DNA of 64,000 nucleotides from Elainellaceae cyanobacterium (GTDB taxonomy: Bacteria > Cyanobacteriota > Cyanobacteriia > CAKZMO01): assembly GCA_050331615.1 (NCBI GenBank), contig JBHJGR010000003.1:2515-66514 (forward strand), given 5' to 3'. The notes beneath the pieces are model-generated. The model was not told the origin of the DNA, did not search any database, and saw only the letters and a list, made by a program, of their open reading frames with translations. Positions 19,044-28,250 of this stretch are shown here, piece by piece. A program made the translations under genes and the position numbers. Positions within the stretch are counted from its first letter, which is position 1, and every line of letters begins with the position of its first letter.

Positions 19044-19153
19044 TCCCTCACCGGCTCAACAAGTCGGTGAGGATCATGACGGCTGGCGATCGCCCCAATA
19101 CGGGAGACGACCAGTCAAATCTCATTGCAGGGACGCAGGTCTGTCAAAACCAG

Positions 19154-19192
19154 TTTTTAGGGTAAATCCCGCGGAATTTACCCTAATTTTCA
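19154..19192. terminator. Bidirectional intrinsic-terminator-like element: T5, then AGGGTAAATCCC-GCGG-AATTTACCCT, then AATTTT
   Basis: A perfect 11-bp palindrome flanked by a T-tract and an A-tract, 15 bp downstream of the sigma-factor stop. Two further copies of the same sequence sit between convergent genes at 24349 and 50583. Confidence 0.55.
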
Positions 19193-19206
19193 ATCGTGAC
19201 GCGGCG

Positions 19207-20208
19207 TTAGCTAGCTAGATAGCCTTTCACCGAAGCTTTCCGGCGGCGCAGGTGGTCGAGGGCCTGCCGCTCAAGCTGGCGCACCCGCTCCCGGCTAATG
19301 TTCATCCGCTGGCCGACCTTAGCCAGGGACAGCTCCCGACCATCGGTGAGGCCAAAGCGCAGGGTCAGCACTTCCCGCTGCTGGGGCGTTAGCTCCGCCA
19401 TCAGGTCGTTCAGGTCCTGACGCAGCAGCTCCTGGGTAGCGTAGTTCTCGGGAGACGCGTCTTCGTCCTCCAGCAGATCCTGTAGCTCCGTATCCTGGTT
19501 GTCGCCCACCCGCATGTCGAGAGACACGGGCTGGCGGGCCATCAGCAGGTAGTCGCGAATCTGGGCAGGCTCCAGCTCCAGCGCCTCGGCGATCTCCACC
19601 GGGCTGGGGCTGCGGCCCAGCTTTTGGGTCAGCTCCCGCTGCACCTTCTTGATCTTGTTGAGCTTCTCGGTGATGTGGATGGGCAGGCGAATCGTGCGGG
19701 CCTGCTGGGCGATCGCCCGAGTGATGGCCTGGCGAATCCACCAGTAGGCGTAGGTAGAGAACTTGTAGCCCCGGGTCGGATCAAACTTCTCGACGCCCCG
19801 CTCCAAACCCAGGGTGCCTTCCTGAATCAGGTCGAGGAATTCCAGGTTGCGCTTTTGGTACTTCTTGGCGATCGCCACTACCAGCCGCAGGTTGGCCTCG
19901 ATCATCTTTTTCTTGGCCCGCTGTCCAACACGCATGATACCGTCTAGTTCCTCAACGGTTAGCTTCGCCTTCTCGGCCCACTCCGCTTGGGTAGGTTCGC
20001 GGTCCAGCGTCTTCGCCAGCTTCTCCTTCGTTTCAAGCAGCCCCATCATTTTCTGAACCTGCTTACCGAAAACGATTTCCTGTTCGTGGGTGAGCAGCGG
20101 TACGCGACCAATTTCGTGCAGATAGGTTCTGACCATATCTGCCGTGAACATCATTTTGGAATCTTTCTTAGGAACTTTAACGTTGGCTTTCTCAGTTTTC
20201 ATGGGCAT
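19207..20208 (-). CDS. Group-2 sigma-70 family RNA polymerase sigma factor
   Basis: 333 aa with an ATG start. Regions 1.2 to 4 are all recognisable, including [62 protein letters not shown] and the region 4 helix-turn-helix [24 protein letters not shown]. Confidence 0.9.
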   Translation of the reverse strand: MPMKTEKANVKVPKKDSKMMFTADMVRTYLHEIGRVPLLTHEQEIVFGKQVQKMMGLLETKEKLAKTLDREPTQAEWAEKAKLTVEELDGIMRVGQRAKKKMIEANLRLVVAIAKKYQKRNLEFLDLIQEGTLGLERGVEKFDPTRGYKFSTYAYWWIRQAITRAIAQQARTIRLPIHITEKLNKIKKVQRELTQKLGRSPSPVEIAEALELEPAQIRDYLLMARQPVSLDMRVGDNQDTELQDLLEDEDASPENYATQELLRQDLNDLMAELTPQQREVLTLRFGLTDGRELSLAKVGQRMNISRERVRQLERQALDHLRRRKASVKGYLAS

Positions 20209-21519
20209 CGCGAGGGTACCTCGTCAGACAACAGTGCAGGATTTGGGCTAGCAACCCGGTGAGCCAACTTGTGCAACAGCGTGGAACTTGACTCTAGCCA
20301 GTACCCATCAGACAGGAACATTCTCAACCGGGCAATTAGATCAACAGTAAGGGGACAGCGGTGGCGGGAAGTGGAAGACCAGCCTTCGGTCCAAGGTAGA
20401 GGACTTAGATATCTCGTCTAGCCGACCGACCAATCGATGGCGCGTCTGCGCGAAACGACCCGAAACAGCTTGCGGGAACCAGGCTTCTCCAGAGGAATTC
20501 AGGTCAGGTACATGAGGAGGCAAATGAATGAAGGCGCTCGGCCTCTACAAAGTCATAAAAGCTGATGTGAAGCCACCATCACATCAGTCACGTCGCCGGG
20601 CATACATCACTATCTTCTTTGTCAGCAGCAGCGTAACCGTAGCCATGAATGCCCTTTGGCCCGCTGACGCTTCAACTCGAAGTCATTACGGCTTTGTCTT
20701 ATTCCCATCGTATTATAAGTTTATGAGTTAGTAAAGGGATACGATTCATCCGAAAGGGTGAACTCGGGTGATTTTTTGACGCCCTTTGGACGCGGTCAGC
20801 AGTGCTGCGTAACTGGGGCCAACTAGGCGACTGCGCATCAGGTAAACGAATGATATGAACCAGCGGACAGTTTTTCTACCTCTCTACACAAAATGTCAGA
20901 TAAACCTCATCGGGGCTGGGAAGTGAAGTTTACCCACCAGGGACACTCTACTTGCCAAAGTGATTGTGGTTTAGGAGGATTCGGTTGAGAGATGGCCGCC
21001 CCGCATTCAGCAAATTGATTGCTATCGAGCTGACTAAATGGGAAACATACCTGCACTTACTATGATGAATCCTGAACTGTTCTTTTGAATGCCTAATAGG
21101 AGGGGAATAACCGAACGTTTCAAGCGTAATTTCCGCGGCTGAAAAGCGTCTGCGGTCTGCAGAGTTTGCTGTTCACGGCCACTGCGTTCCTGTTCAAGCG
21201 GCAGCTTCTGCCCTCCCTAGTCGAAGAATACAATTGGTTTGTTCCGACATCAGTAAAAAAGCATTTTGTCAGTAGGGGATTAATGTGATCTGAGATCATG
21301 ATTAAGTTTTTCTTAACTTTAACTCAGGCGCGATCGCCCCGTTTAGACGCCCCTCCCAGTCAGTCCAGCACCCGTCTCAAAAATGGCCAGAGGTTTTGAT
21401 TTCCAAAAACTCCGACGCGATTTCGGATAGGTATTGAAAGATCTGCTTCCGATTTTCCCCAAAAACTTTAAAAAGTCAAGTCTATCGAAACTTCTAATTT
21501 TCGAATCTGCCTCCCTGGA

Positions 21520-23211
21520 TTAAAATCCCAAATCAGCTTTAGCTGACTCAGCGGCTTGTAGCAGGGTAGCGGTCGGCATCTCTTCCCAGTCAGTATCCCC
21601 AATTTCGGCATAAAAAGTTTCATCGTAGGGACGGGTGCGAATCACCACGGGCATGGGGACGGCATGGCCCAGGATCAGGGCCTGCTGCTTGGAGTCGAGC
21701 TTGGCCAGTACCGACCGCAGGTTCTGACCACCGGAAACGCCGGTAAAGATGGCGTCAATGTCCTTCTCATCGTTCAGTAATGCCGTAATGCGGGTGCCGA
21801 TTTGGGACATCACTTCGGTATCGATCCCCGATGGCCGCTGATCCACCACCAGCAGGGTGACAAAGTACTTGCGCATCTCTCGGGCGATCGTGCCAAAGAT
21901 GGTCTGGCGCACCGTGCTGGGATCAAGGAAGCGGTGGGCTTCTTCGATGGTGATGACGAGCTGGCGGGGGCGATCGCTGGGATTCTTCGTCTGCAAAAAC
22001 GTCTCCGCTTTACGCACATAGCTGGCGTGGATGCGGCGGGCAATCACGTTGGTGGCCAGCATGTAGGAGAGCAGGTTGGACTGGGAGCCAAACTCAACGA
22101 TCACGTGCTTGCCCGCTTCCAGCGAATCCAGAATCTGGCGGACGTAGTCGTGGGGCACCGTATTGCGGATGTATTTCAGGTCGTCCAATCGGGTCAGCTT
22201 GCGCTGCAGCGCCATGATGGAGGACTTGCTGCCCATTTTCACTTCACAAAATTCCTGAATTTCTTCATTGCTCATGGACAGCAGACGGGTAATCCAGGAT
22301 TTGCCGAACTCGTTGCGCAGGATGATGGCGTTCTCCAGGCTGGCCTCTGACAGGTTCAGCTCGCCCCGCACCAGCACCAGATCCTCCACGTCAATCTGGC
22401 TGTAGCTGATGTAGAGCTCCTGGGCGTCTCGCACTCCCCGCCGCTGGGTGGATTCTGGGTCGAGGGTATAGATCTGCACCCGGTCGGGAAAGAGCTGGCG
22501 CAATCCCTTGACGGTACTAAAGTGCTTGCCCTCCTTGGCCGCCTCCCAGCCATATTCCGAATGCATGTCAAAAATCAAGTTCACTGCCGCCCGCTTACGA
22601 ATCAGGCCGGAGAGCAGCAGCCGGGTCAAAAACGACTTACCCGTGCCCGATTTGCCAAAGACGCCGTTGCTGCGCTCTGCAAACCGATCCAGGTCAATGC
22701 AAATAGGCACGTCCATGTCAATCGGCTGACCGATAGAAAAGTTGCGTCGATGGGGGTCATCCTCCCAGCCAAACACCACGCGAAAGTCTCGCTCGGAGGC
22801 TTCAAACACCTGGCTAAAGTGGCTGGGCACCGTCTTCACCGGCAGCAGCTCTACGTCGGCGCTGCTCTGGGCCTGGGGTCCGGCGTTACCATTGCTTGAC
22901 AGTCGCTTCCCTGGCTCTGGCGTCAGCATCAGCATGGGAGCCAGCTCCACCGTGCCGTAGGTGCCCGTCCCGGCCAGCACTTCCTGCAAAAAAGTGTTGC
23001 TTGGTTCGGGAGGATTGGCCATGATGCGGTGGCTGGCGGTGCCCAAAGACACGTCCGTCATCAGGCAGAAGAAGTGCGATCGCCGCCCCTGCACCACGAG
23101 AAACTTGCCCACCCGCATGTCTTCCACCGACACATCGGGGTGCAGCCGCACCTCCAGCCCTTGGCTCAGGGAACCTTGAATGACTGATCCCAACGGTTGT
23201 TCAGCGTTCAT
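21520..23211 (-). CDS. HerA-like (FtsK/HerA superfamily, DUF87-type) P-loop ATPase
   Basis: 563 aa with an ATG start. It has an N-terminal HAS-barrel-like region, a Walker A (VFGKSGTGKSFLTRLL) and a Walker B (LLVVDQRPS). Confidence 0.7.
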   Translation of the reverse strand: MNAEQPLGSVIQGSLSQGLEVRLHPDVSVEDMRVGKFLVVQGRRSHFFCLMTDVSLGTASHRIMANPPEPSNTFLQEVLAGTGTYGTVELAPMLMLTPEPGKRLSSNGNAGPQAQSSADVELLPVKTVPSHFSQVFEASERDFRVVFGWEDDPHRRNFSIGQPIDMDVPICIDLDRFAERSNGVFGKSGTGKSFLTRLLLSGLIRKRAAVNLIFDMHSEYGWEAAKEGKHFSTVKGLRQLFPDRVQIYTLDPESTQRRGVRDAQELYISYSQIDVEDLVLVRGELNLSEASLENAIILRNEFGKSWITRLLSMSNEEIQEFCEVKMGSKSSIMALQRKLTRLDDLKYIRNTVPHDYVRQILDSLEAGKHVIVEFGSQSNLLSYMLATNVIARRIHASYVRKAETFLQTKNPSDRPRQLVITIEEAHRFLDPSTVRQTIFGTIAREMRKYFVTLLVVDQRPSGIDTEVMSQIGTRITALLNDEKDIDAIFTGVSGGQNLRSVLAKLDSKQQALILGHAVPMPVVIRTRPYDETFYAEIGDTDWEEMPTATLLQAAESAKADLGF

Positions 23212-23442
23212 ACCTACCTAAGTGCTCAAGCACAATTGATTACGACCGACGGGGGTGTGCGCCTCCTGTGAAGACGCACTGTTTAACGACTGACTGTTTC
23301 AGAACCTACGTTCTGCAATACCAATGTACGCGGTTCTTGAACGAAATCCCAGCCCCTAGAGCGCGCGCTACGCCAATTGACGCACCGATAAGTGGGACGG
23401 GATGCCCCATAATGGGGCAAGTGACGGGATGGAGGAAGCAAT

Positions 23443-24333
23443 ATGGCAAAACGCAAACGGGCTCGACGCCCCGATGGGTTTGGGCAACCGGCAAAGCAAC
23501 CCGCCGAGGCGAGGCCGACAAAGCAACCCGCTGAAGTGAGGCCATTTATTCCCGCTGAAGTGAGGCCATTTATTCCCCCCGTGGCAGCACAGCCGTCGCC
23601 GCAGCCGCTGCAAACCTATACCTTGAACGGCTATCACATCCGGGAGAGTCGGCGGGCCAAGCGCATCACCATCAAGGTGTCCACCAAAGCCGAGGTAGAA
23701 GTGGTGGTGCCGCCCCAGTGCGATCGCCAGCGCATCCTGAACTTCCTGGAGTCCAAACAGGATTGGATTGAGAACAGCGTGCGCAAGATGCAGCTTGAGC
23801 GCCAGGAGCGATCCGACGAAGACCAGGCGGTGCTGCCCTCGACGATTTTGCTGCGATCGCTCAAAGAAGAATGGACGGTGACCTACGAACCCACCGATGA
23901 CGAGCAGATCACCATTCTGGTGCCCCAGTGCTTCCAGCTAACGTTGCGGGGGGCGGTGAACGATGCTTCCTACTGCCGGTTTGCCCTCCAGCACTGGGTC
24001 CGCCAGAAGGCCAAGTACTGTCTGACCGCGTGGCTACGGGAGGTGAGCCGCCAGGTGAAGCTGCCCTGCAATGCTATCACCATTCGCCGGCAAAAGACTC
24101 GCTGGGCCAGTTGCTCGACCAAGCACAACATCAGTCTGAACGACAAGCTGCTGTTTCTGCCGCCGGAGCTGGTGCGCTACATTTTTATCCACGAGCTTTG
24201 CCACACCCAGCACATGGACCACTCGCCCGAGTTTTGGGCACTGGTGGCCAGCAAAGACCCCAACTATCAGCAGTCGGACCAGGCCATGCGGGATGCCTGG
24301 AAGTTTGTGCCGGATTGGTTGATTGCCGATTAG
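23443..24333 (+). CDS. DUF45/YgjP-family (M48-like, SprT-like fold) predicted metal-dependent hydrolase with a Pro/Ala-rich repeat N-terminus
   Basis: 296 aa. The ATG has GGAGGAAG 5 nt upstream. The family motif is RWASCSTKHNISLNDKLLFLPPELVRYIFIHELCHTQHMDHSPEFW. The N-terminus carries KQPAE(A/V)RP and FIPAEVRP repeats that are also visible as DNA tandem repeats. Confidence 0.75.
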   Translation: MAKRKRARRPDGFGQPAKQPAEARPTKQPAEVRPFIPAEVRPFIPPVAAQPSPQPLQTYTLNGYHIRESRRAKRITIKVSTKAEVEVVVPPQCDRQRILNFLESKQDWIENSVRKMQLERQERSDEDQAVLPSTILLRSLKEEWTVTYEPTDDEQITILVPQCFQLTLRGAVNDASYCRFALQHWVRQKAKYCLTAWLREVSRQVKLPCNAITIRRQKTRWASCSTKHNISLNDKLLFLPPELVRYIFIHELCHTQHMDHSPEFWALVASKDPNYQQSDQAMRDAWKFVPDWLIAD

Positions 24334-24348
24334 CACAGCATCACGGTT

Positions 24349-24390
24349 AAAAATTAGGGTAAACCCCTGCGGGATTTACCCTAATTTTTA
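24349..24390. terminator. Bidirectional terminator-like element, copy 2 (A-tract, then AGGGTAAACCCCTGCGGGATTTACCCT, then T-tract)
   Basis: Lies between the convergent DUF45 gene (ends 24333) and the antiporter gene (ends 24405). Confidence 0.55.
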
Positions 24391-24404
24391 GTCTTGACAG
24401 ACAA

Positions 24405-26051
24405 CTAGGATTCGACCACCAGTACGGGTAATGGACTGGTTTCCAGAACGGCCTGGGATACTGACCCCACCAGCACTTCCTCCAGCCGCCGATGGCCCCG
24501 TTTGCCCATGACGATTTCGGTGGCTCCACATTCCCGCGCCGTGCGCACAATGCCCTCCGGGATTGGCCCATTGACGGTGACAAACCGATGGTGAATATCG
24601 GCCAGATGCTGGTGAGCCAGTCGCCGGAGCTGTTTCACTCCTTTGGGATCATCCACTTGAAGGACGTGCAGCACCACCACCTCCCCATCGCTGGGTCGGG
24701 CCAGCTCGGCAGCTTTGGTGAGCACCCGGACGGCCAGGGGAGAGGTATCCACGGCAGCGAGGAGCACCGCCCGCTGGGCGATCGCCACCTTCGTTGGGTC
24801 TACCTCCCCCCGCTCCAGCAGCTTCGGGGCAAAGGTGGGAATGGCCCAGGCTCCCAGGGGCGCAGTCACCAGAATGGACAGGGCGGCGATCGCCAGAATG
24901 ATCTCCCCGCCCGCCACCCCCTGGGCCAGCGGTATGGCCCCAATCGCCGCCTGCACCGTCGCCTTGGCGGAGTTCCCCGGCAGCAGAAACAGCCGCTCCC
25001 GCCAGGTCCAGTTGCTGCCCAGGGTAGAGAGGTACCAGCCGAGCGATCGCCCCACCAGCGTGCCAACGGCCAAAATCAGCAGCCCCGCCAGCAGCCTCTC
25101 CTCCAGAACGCCCAGCTGAATGCTCGCCCCCAGCAGCACAAAGAGGACGATTTCGGCGATCGCCCACAGCCCATCGAACCCCGCCCGCAGCCGTCGCGCC
25201 AGCCGCGCATCCAGCTCGATCAGAAAGAATCCAGTGGCCATTACCGCCAGGTAGCCGGAGAAAACCGGCACCGCCGCAGCCAGTACCACCAGAAACAGGG
25301 CCAAGCCTGCCGCCACCAGGGCATCCTGCACCGCCTTCTGGGTCCAGTTTTGCCGCACCAGCAGGGATACCAGCGTCTGGGCCGTGAGCCATCCCAGCAG
25401 CAGGCCCAGCCCAATTTGCAGCATAATTTGCAGCGGCAGCAGCTGCACCGCACTTAAGGTGAGACCTCCCGGTAGGGGGAGACCCGTGGCGGCGTCCTGG
25501 GAGAGAAAGGCCAGCAGCAGGCTAAACACCAGCAGCAGCAGCACGTCGGAAAGGGCACTCCCCGTTAGAATCGCGTCGGGAATTCCTTTGGCTACGCCCC
25601 AGCCCAAACTCTTCAGCCGCAGCATCCCCGGTACGATCACCGCAGGGGACTCCGCGCCGATGATGCAGCCTAGCAGCAGGCCAATGGGCCAGTCGAAATC
25701 AAACAGCCAGATGGCAGTGAGGGTAATGGCGATCGCCTCACAGGCTGCGGGCAGAAATCCCAGCCGTAGGGCTACTGTACCCTGCTGCTTCAGCTTCTCC
25801 CGATCCAGCCCCAGCCCTGCTTTCATCAAGATTACCATCACGGCAATGGTGCGCAAAGAATCCGCTGCCGCCAATACCCCCGGACTCAGCACGTTGCCCA
25901 CCTGCGGCCCCAGCACGATCCCCGCCAGCACCATGCCCACCAGGGCGGGTGCTCCCAGTCGTCGAGCAATCTGCCCAACGAAAAACCCCATCAGCAAAAT
26001 CCAAAGGATACTTTCCAGCATCAAAGCAGATTTGTACAGCAAACCAATCAT
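24405..26051 (-). CDS. Monovalent cation:proton antiporter (CPA family, NhaS/NhaP-like) with a C-terminal universal-stress-protein (UspA) domain
   Basis: About 548 aa counted from the ATG at 26051; the track ORF uses a TTG at 26096. The N-terminal 400 aa are polytopic membrane segments. The C-terminal UspA domain reads VVVLHVLQVDD...GATEIVMGKRGHRRLEEVLVGSVSQAVLETSPLPVLVV. Confidence 0.85.
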   Translation of the reverse strand: MIGLLYKSALMLESILWILLMGFFVGQIARRLGAPALVGMVLAGIVLGPQVGNVLSPGVLAAADSLRTIAVMVILMKAGLGLDREKLKQQGTVALRLGFLPAACEAIAITLTAIWLFDFDWPIGLLLGCIIGAESPAVIVPGMLRLKSLGWGVAKGIPDAILTGSALSDVLLLLVFSLLLAFLSQDAATGLPLPGGLTLSAVQLLPLQIMLQIGLGLLLGWLTAQTLVSLLVRQNWTQKAVQDALVAAGLALFLVVLAAAVPVFSGYLAVMATGFFLIELDARLARRLRAGFDGLWAIAEIVLFVLLGASIQLGVLEERLLAGLLILAVGTLVGRSLGWYLSTLGSNWTWRERLFLLPGNSAKATVQAAIGAIPLAQGVAGGEIILAIAALSILVTAPLGAWAIPTFAPKLLERGEVDPTKVAIAQRAVLLAAVDTSPLAVRVLTKAAELARPSDGEVVVLHVLQVDDPKGVKQLRRLAHQHLADIHHRFVTVNGPIPEGIVRTARECGATEIVMGKRGHRRLEEVLVGSVSQAVLETSPLPVLVVES

Positions 26052-26301
26052 GCAGTAGGGTGTGTTGCAGCGCAAGGTTAACGCACCCTGCGGCAAGGTT
26101 CTGACCCGTCACTCAGGTGGTGACGATCCCGGCGAAAATTCTAATTGACTAAGCCACAGGAGTCAGTAGCGGTAGGGCTTATTCGCAGTTTTGACAGATG
26201 GATACCAAGGCTAATTAATTAAAAATTAAAAATAGGGAAAAAGGCAGAAGGACTATTGAATTTCGATACTTTTTTCCCTTGTTGCTTGATACGAGAGACG
26301 T

Positions 26302-27156
26302 ATGTTTTACCACACTAAAAGACTACAGTATTTCACCAAACCCGAACGCCCAGACCCGGTTTATGCCAAGCAGTTACAGGAGTTGATTGGTGGTCCCTTT
26401 GGGGAAATGTCGGTGATGATGCAGTACCTGTTCCAGGGCTGGAACTGCCGCGGACCTGCTAAGTACAAAGACATGATGCTGGACATCGGTACTGAAGAAA
26501 TTGGTCACGTAGAAATGCTGGCCAATCTCATCGCCCACCTGGTGGATAAAGCCCCCGCCCAGGACCAGGAAAACGCGATTCAAGACCCCATCGTTGAAGG
26601 GGTGATGGGCGGCATGAAGGCCGAAGATATCATTATGGCCAGCATGAACCCCAAGCATGCTGTGATGACCGGGGGCGGCGCAGCCCCAACTGATAGCGTC
26701 GGCTATCCCTGGAACGGCAACTATATCGTTGCTTCCGGTAACCTGATGGCCGATTTCTACTCTAATGTGCAGGCCGAAGCCCAGGGGCGTCTGCAGGCCG
26801 TGCGGCTATATGAACTGTCTACTGACCCCGGCGTCAAGGACACTCTCAGCTACATGATTGCCCGCGACACCATGCACCAAAACCAGTGGCTGGCGGCGAT
26901 CGAAGAGCTGAAGAAAGACGGACTGGAGGATGTCCCCGTTCCTAGCAAGTTTCCCCGCGAGCTGGAGAAGCAGGAAACCTCCTATAAGTTCTGGAACCTA
27001 TCTGAAGGTACGGAAAGCAAAGAAGGGGGTTGGGCCAAAGGTCCCAGTCCTGATGGCAAGGGCGAATTTGAGTATGTCGAGAAGCCCGAACCCCAAGGCC
27101 CTGAAGGTCAAGCTCCAGCTCCCAACCCAAAGCTGTATGCCACCACTGAGCAGTAG
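26302..27156 (+). CDS. Manganese catalase
   Basis: 284 aa. It is near-colinear with Lactobacillus Mn-catalase: MFYHTKRLQYFTKPERPDPVYAKQLQELIGGPFGEMSVMMQYLFQGWN...DIGTEEIGHVEMLANLIAHL. Confidence 0.9.
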   Translation: MFYHTKRLQYFTKPERPDPVYAKQLQELIGGPFGEMSVMMQYLFQGWNCRGPAKYKDMMLDIGTEEIGHVEMLANLIAHLVDKAPAQDQENAIQDPIVEGVMGGMKAEDIIMASMNPKHAVMTGGGAAPTDSVGYPWNGNYIVASGNLMADFYSNVQAEAQGRLQAVRLYELSTDPGVKDTLSYMIARDTMHQNQWLAAIEELKKDGLEDVPVPSKFPRELEKQETSYKFWNLSEGTESKEGGWAKGPSPDGKGEFEYVEKPEPQGPEGQAPAPNPKLYATTEQ

Positions 27157-27168
27157 GATTCTGGCTAT

Positions 27169-27546
27169 TCATGCTAGTGTTGTCGGGTGCGATCGCTCAA
27201 AGTACCGGGACAGGGAATCGATCACTTCGTCCAGGCCGATGTTTTGACCGTCTTTTTTGACCGACATGTAGGCTTTGCGGGCAGCAGCATAGGCTTCGCT
27301 GCCCGCTATGGACTGGGTATCTTTCACCATCTGCTCTAGCTCGCTGAGTACTTGCAGGACGGCAATAAACAGATTCATGTCGCGCATGGCTCCATCTACA
27401 TCCAGGTAACGGGGCATTAGCTCGGGATGCTGGGTAGCCACATCAAGGGCCTGATAGGTAAATGCCTGGGATTTGCGGCTAATTTTGGGAAGGCGGCGAC
27501 GCTCATCGGAGGAAAGGCCCACGAGAAACGGCAGCTTTTCCCGCAC
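27169..27546 (-). CDS. Hypothetical protein (about 125 aa)
   Basis: GTG start in the track. It is convergent with the catalase gene and codon usage is host-like. No family was recognised and the start is uncertain. Confidence 0.4.
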   Translation of the reverse strand: MREKLPFLVGLSSDERRRLPKISRKSQAFTYQALDVATQHPELMPRYLDVDGAMRDMNLFIAVLQVLSELEQMVKDTQSIAGSEAYAAARKAYMSVKKDGQNIGLDEVIDSLSRYFERSHPTTLA

Positions 27547-27643
27547 AGTGGTGGATGCGGCGATGCAAACCGTTGGCTATCTGGCGAAGCGGCAGCTCGC
27601 TAAAAAGGTATTAGAACAGGACGGGTCCGCAGATACAGCCCTA

Positions 27644-27722
27644 CGGGCTAAGGTTTGAGCAGGAAACCTCAGGGTCGCGGGGGTTCCACATCTCCTAAAT
27701 GTCCTAATGCGAAAGACGAGTT
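27644..27722 (+). repeat. MITE/REP-like element, copy 4 (one palindrome arm degenerate)
   Basis: tacagccctacgggctaaggtttgagcaggaaacctcagggtcgcgggggttccacatctcctaaatgtcctaatgcgaaagacgag. Confidence 0.75.
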
Positions 27723-27729
27723 TTTTCAC

Positions 27730-27921
27730 CTACGAATCAACGACGTGTTGGATATTTTCCAGGGCGGCCCGCTGCCATTGGCTGGCCCGTCCGTATCGCA
27801 CCTGCTGGCGGATAAACTGAATCACCTGATCAGCCTTTTCGATGGCTTCCTGCATTTGCTGAGGCGACAGCTTGCCGGAGGCTGAGTCAGCGACGATATG
27901 TTCCCACTCTTCTCGCTGCAT
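27730..27921 (-). CDS. Hypothetical small protein (about 63 aa)
   Basis: First ATG at 27921 (MQREEWEH...); the track begins at a TTG at 27936. The stop abuts the MITE copy. Confidence 0.35.
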   Translation of the reverse strand: MQREEWEHIVADSASGKLSPQQMQEAIEKADQVIQFIRQQVRYGRASQWQRAALENIQHVVDS

Positions 27922-28250
27922 ATGCCATAACTCCAAATGATGAAGGGATGGATGGAAGTAACAATCTAATCGTTCCCGGTTTTAGGGGAAACGCTCTACT
28001 TCAAACTTCGCTCTCTGGCTCCTATCTCCGGAGGTCTACCCCCAATACCGGGGGATTACGGAGGTCGGCCGGATACCGGATTAGCGTAGCGGGGCGAAAT
28101 CACGGTAGAGTTTGGGTGAAGGTCAGACTCTTCGGTATTTCCACGTCGGCGATCGCGCCGATAATTTTCTAGCTGTAGGTTTAGACCTTCCCCTATAATG
28201 CTACCTCGTTTTCTCGACCCGATTGTTCCTCCTGAACGGTTCCCAACGGT

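Noticed and set aside
24492-25457. 321-aa plus-strand ORF, and several Arg/Gly-rich ORFs, within the antiporter gene
   Set aside because: They are antisense to a clear CPA-family membrane protein, and their composition is extreme (R, G, P, Q).
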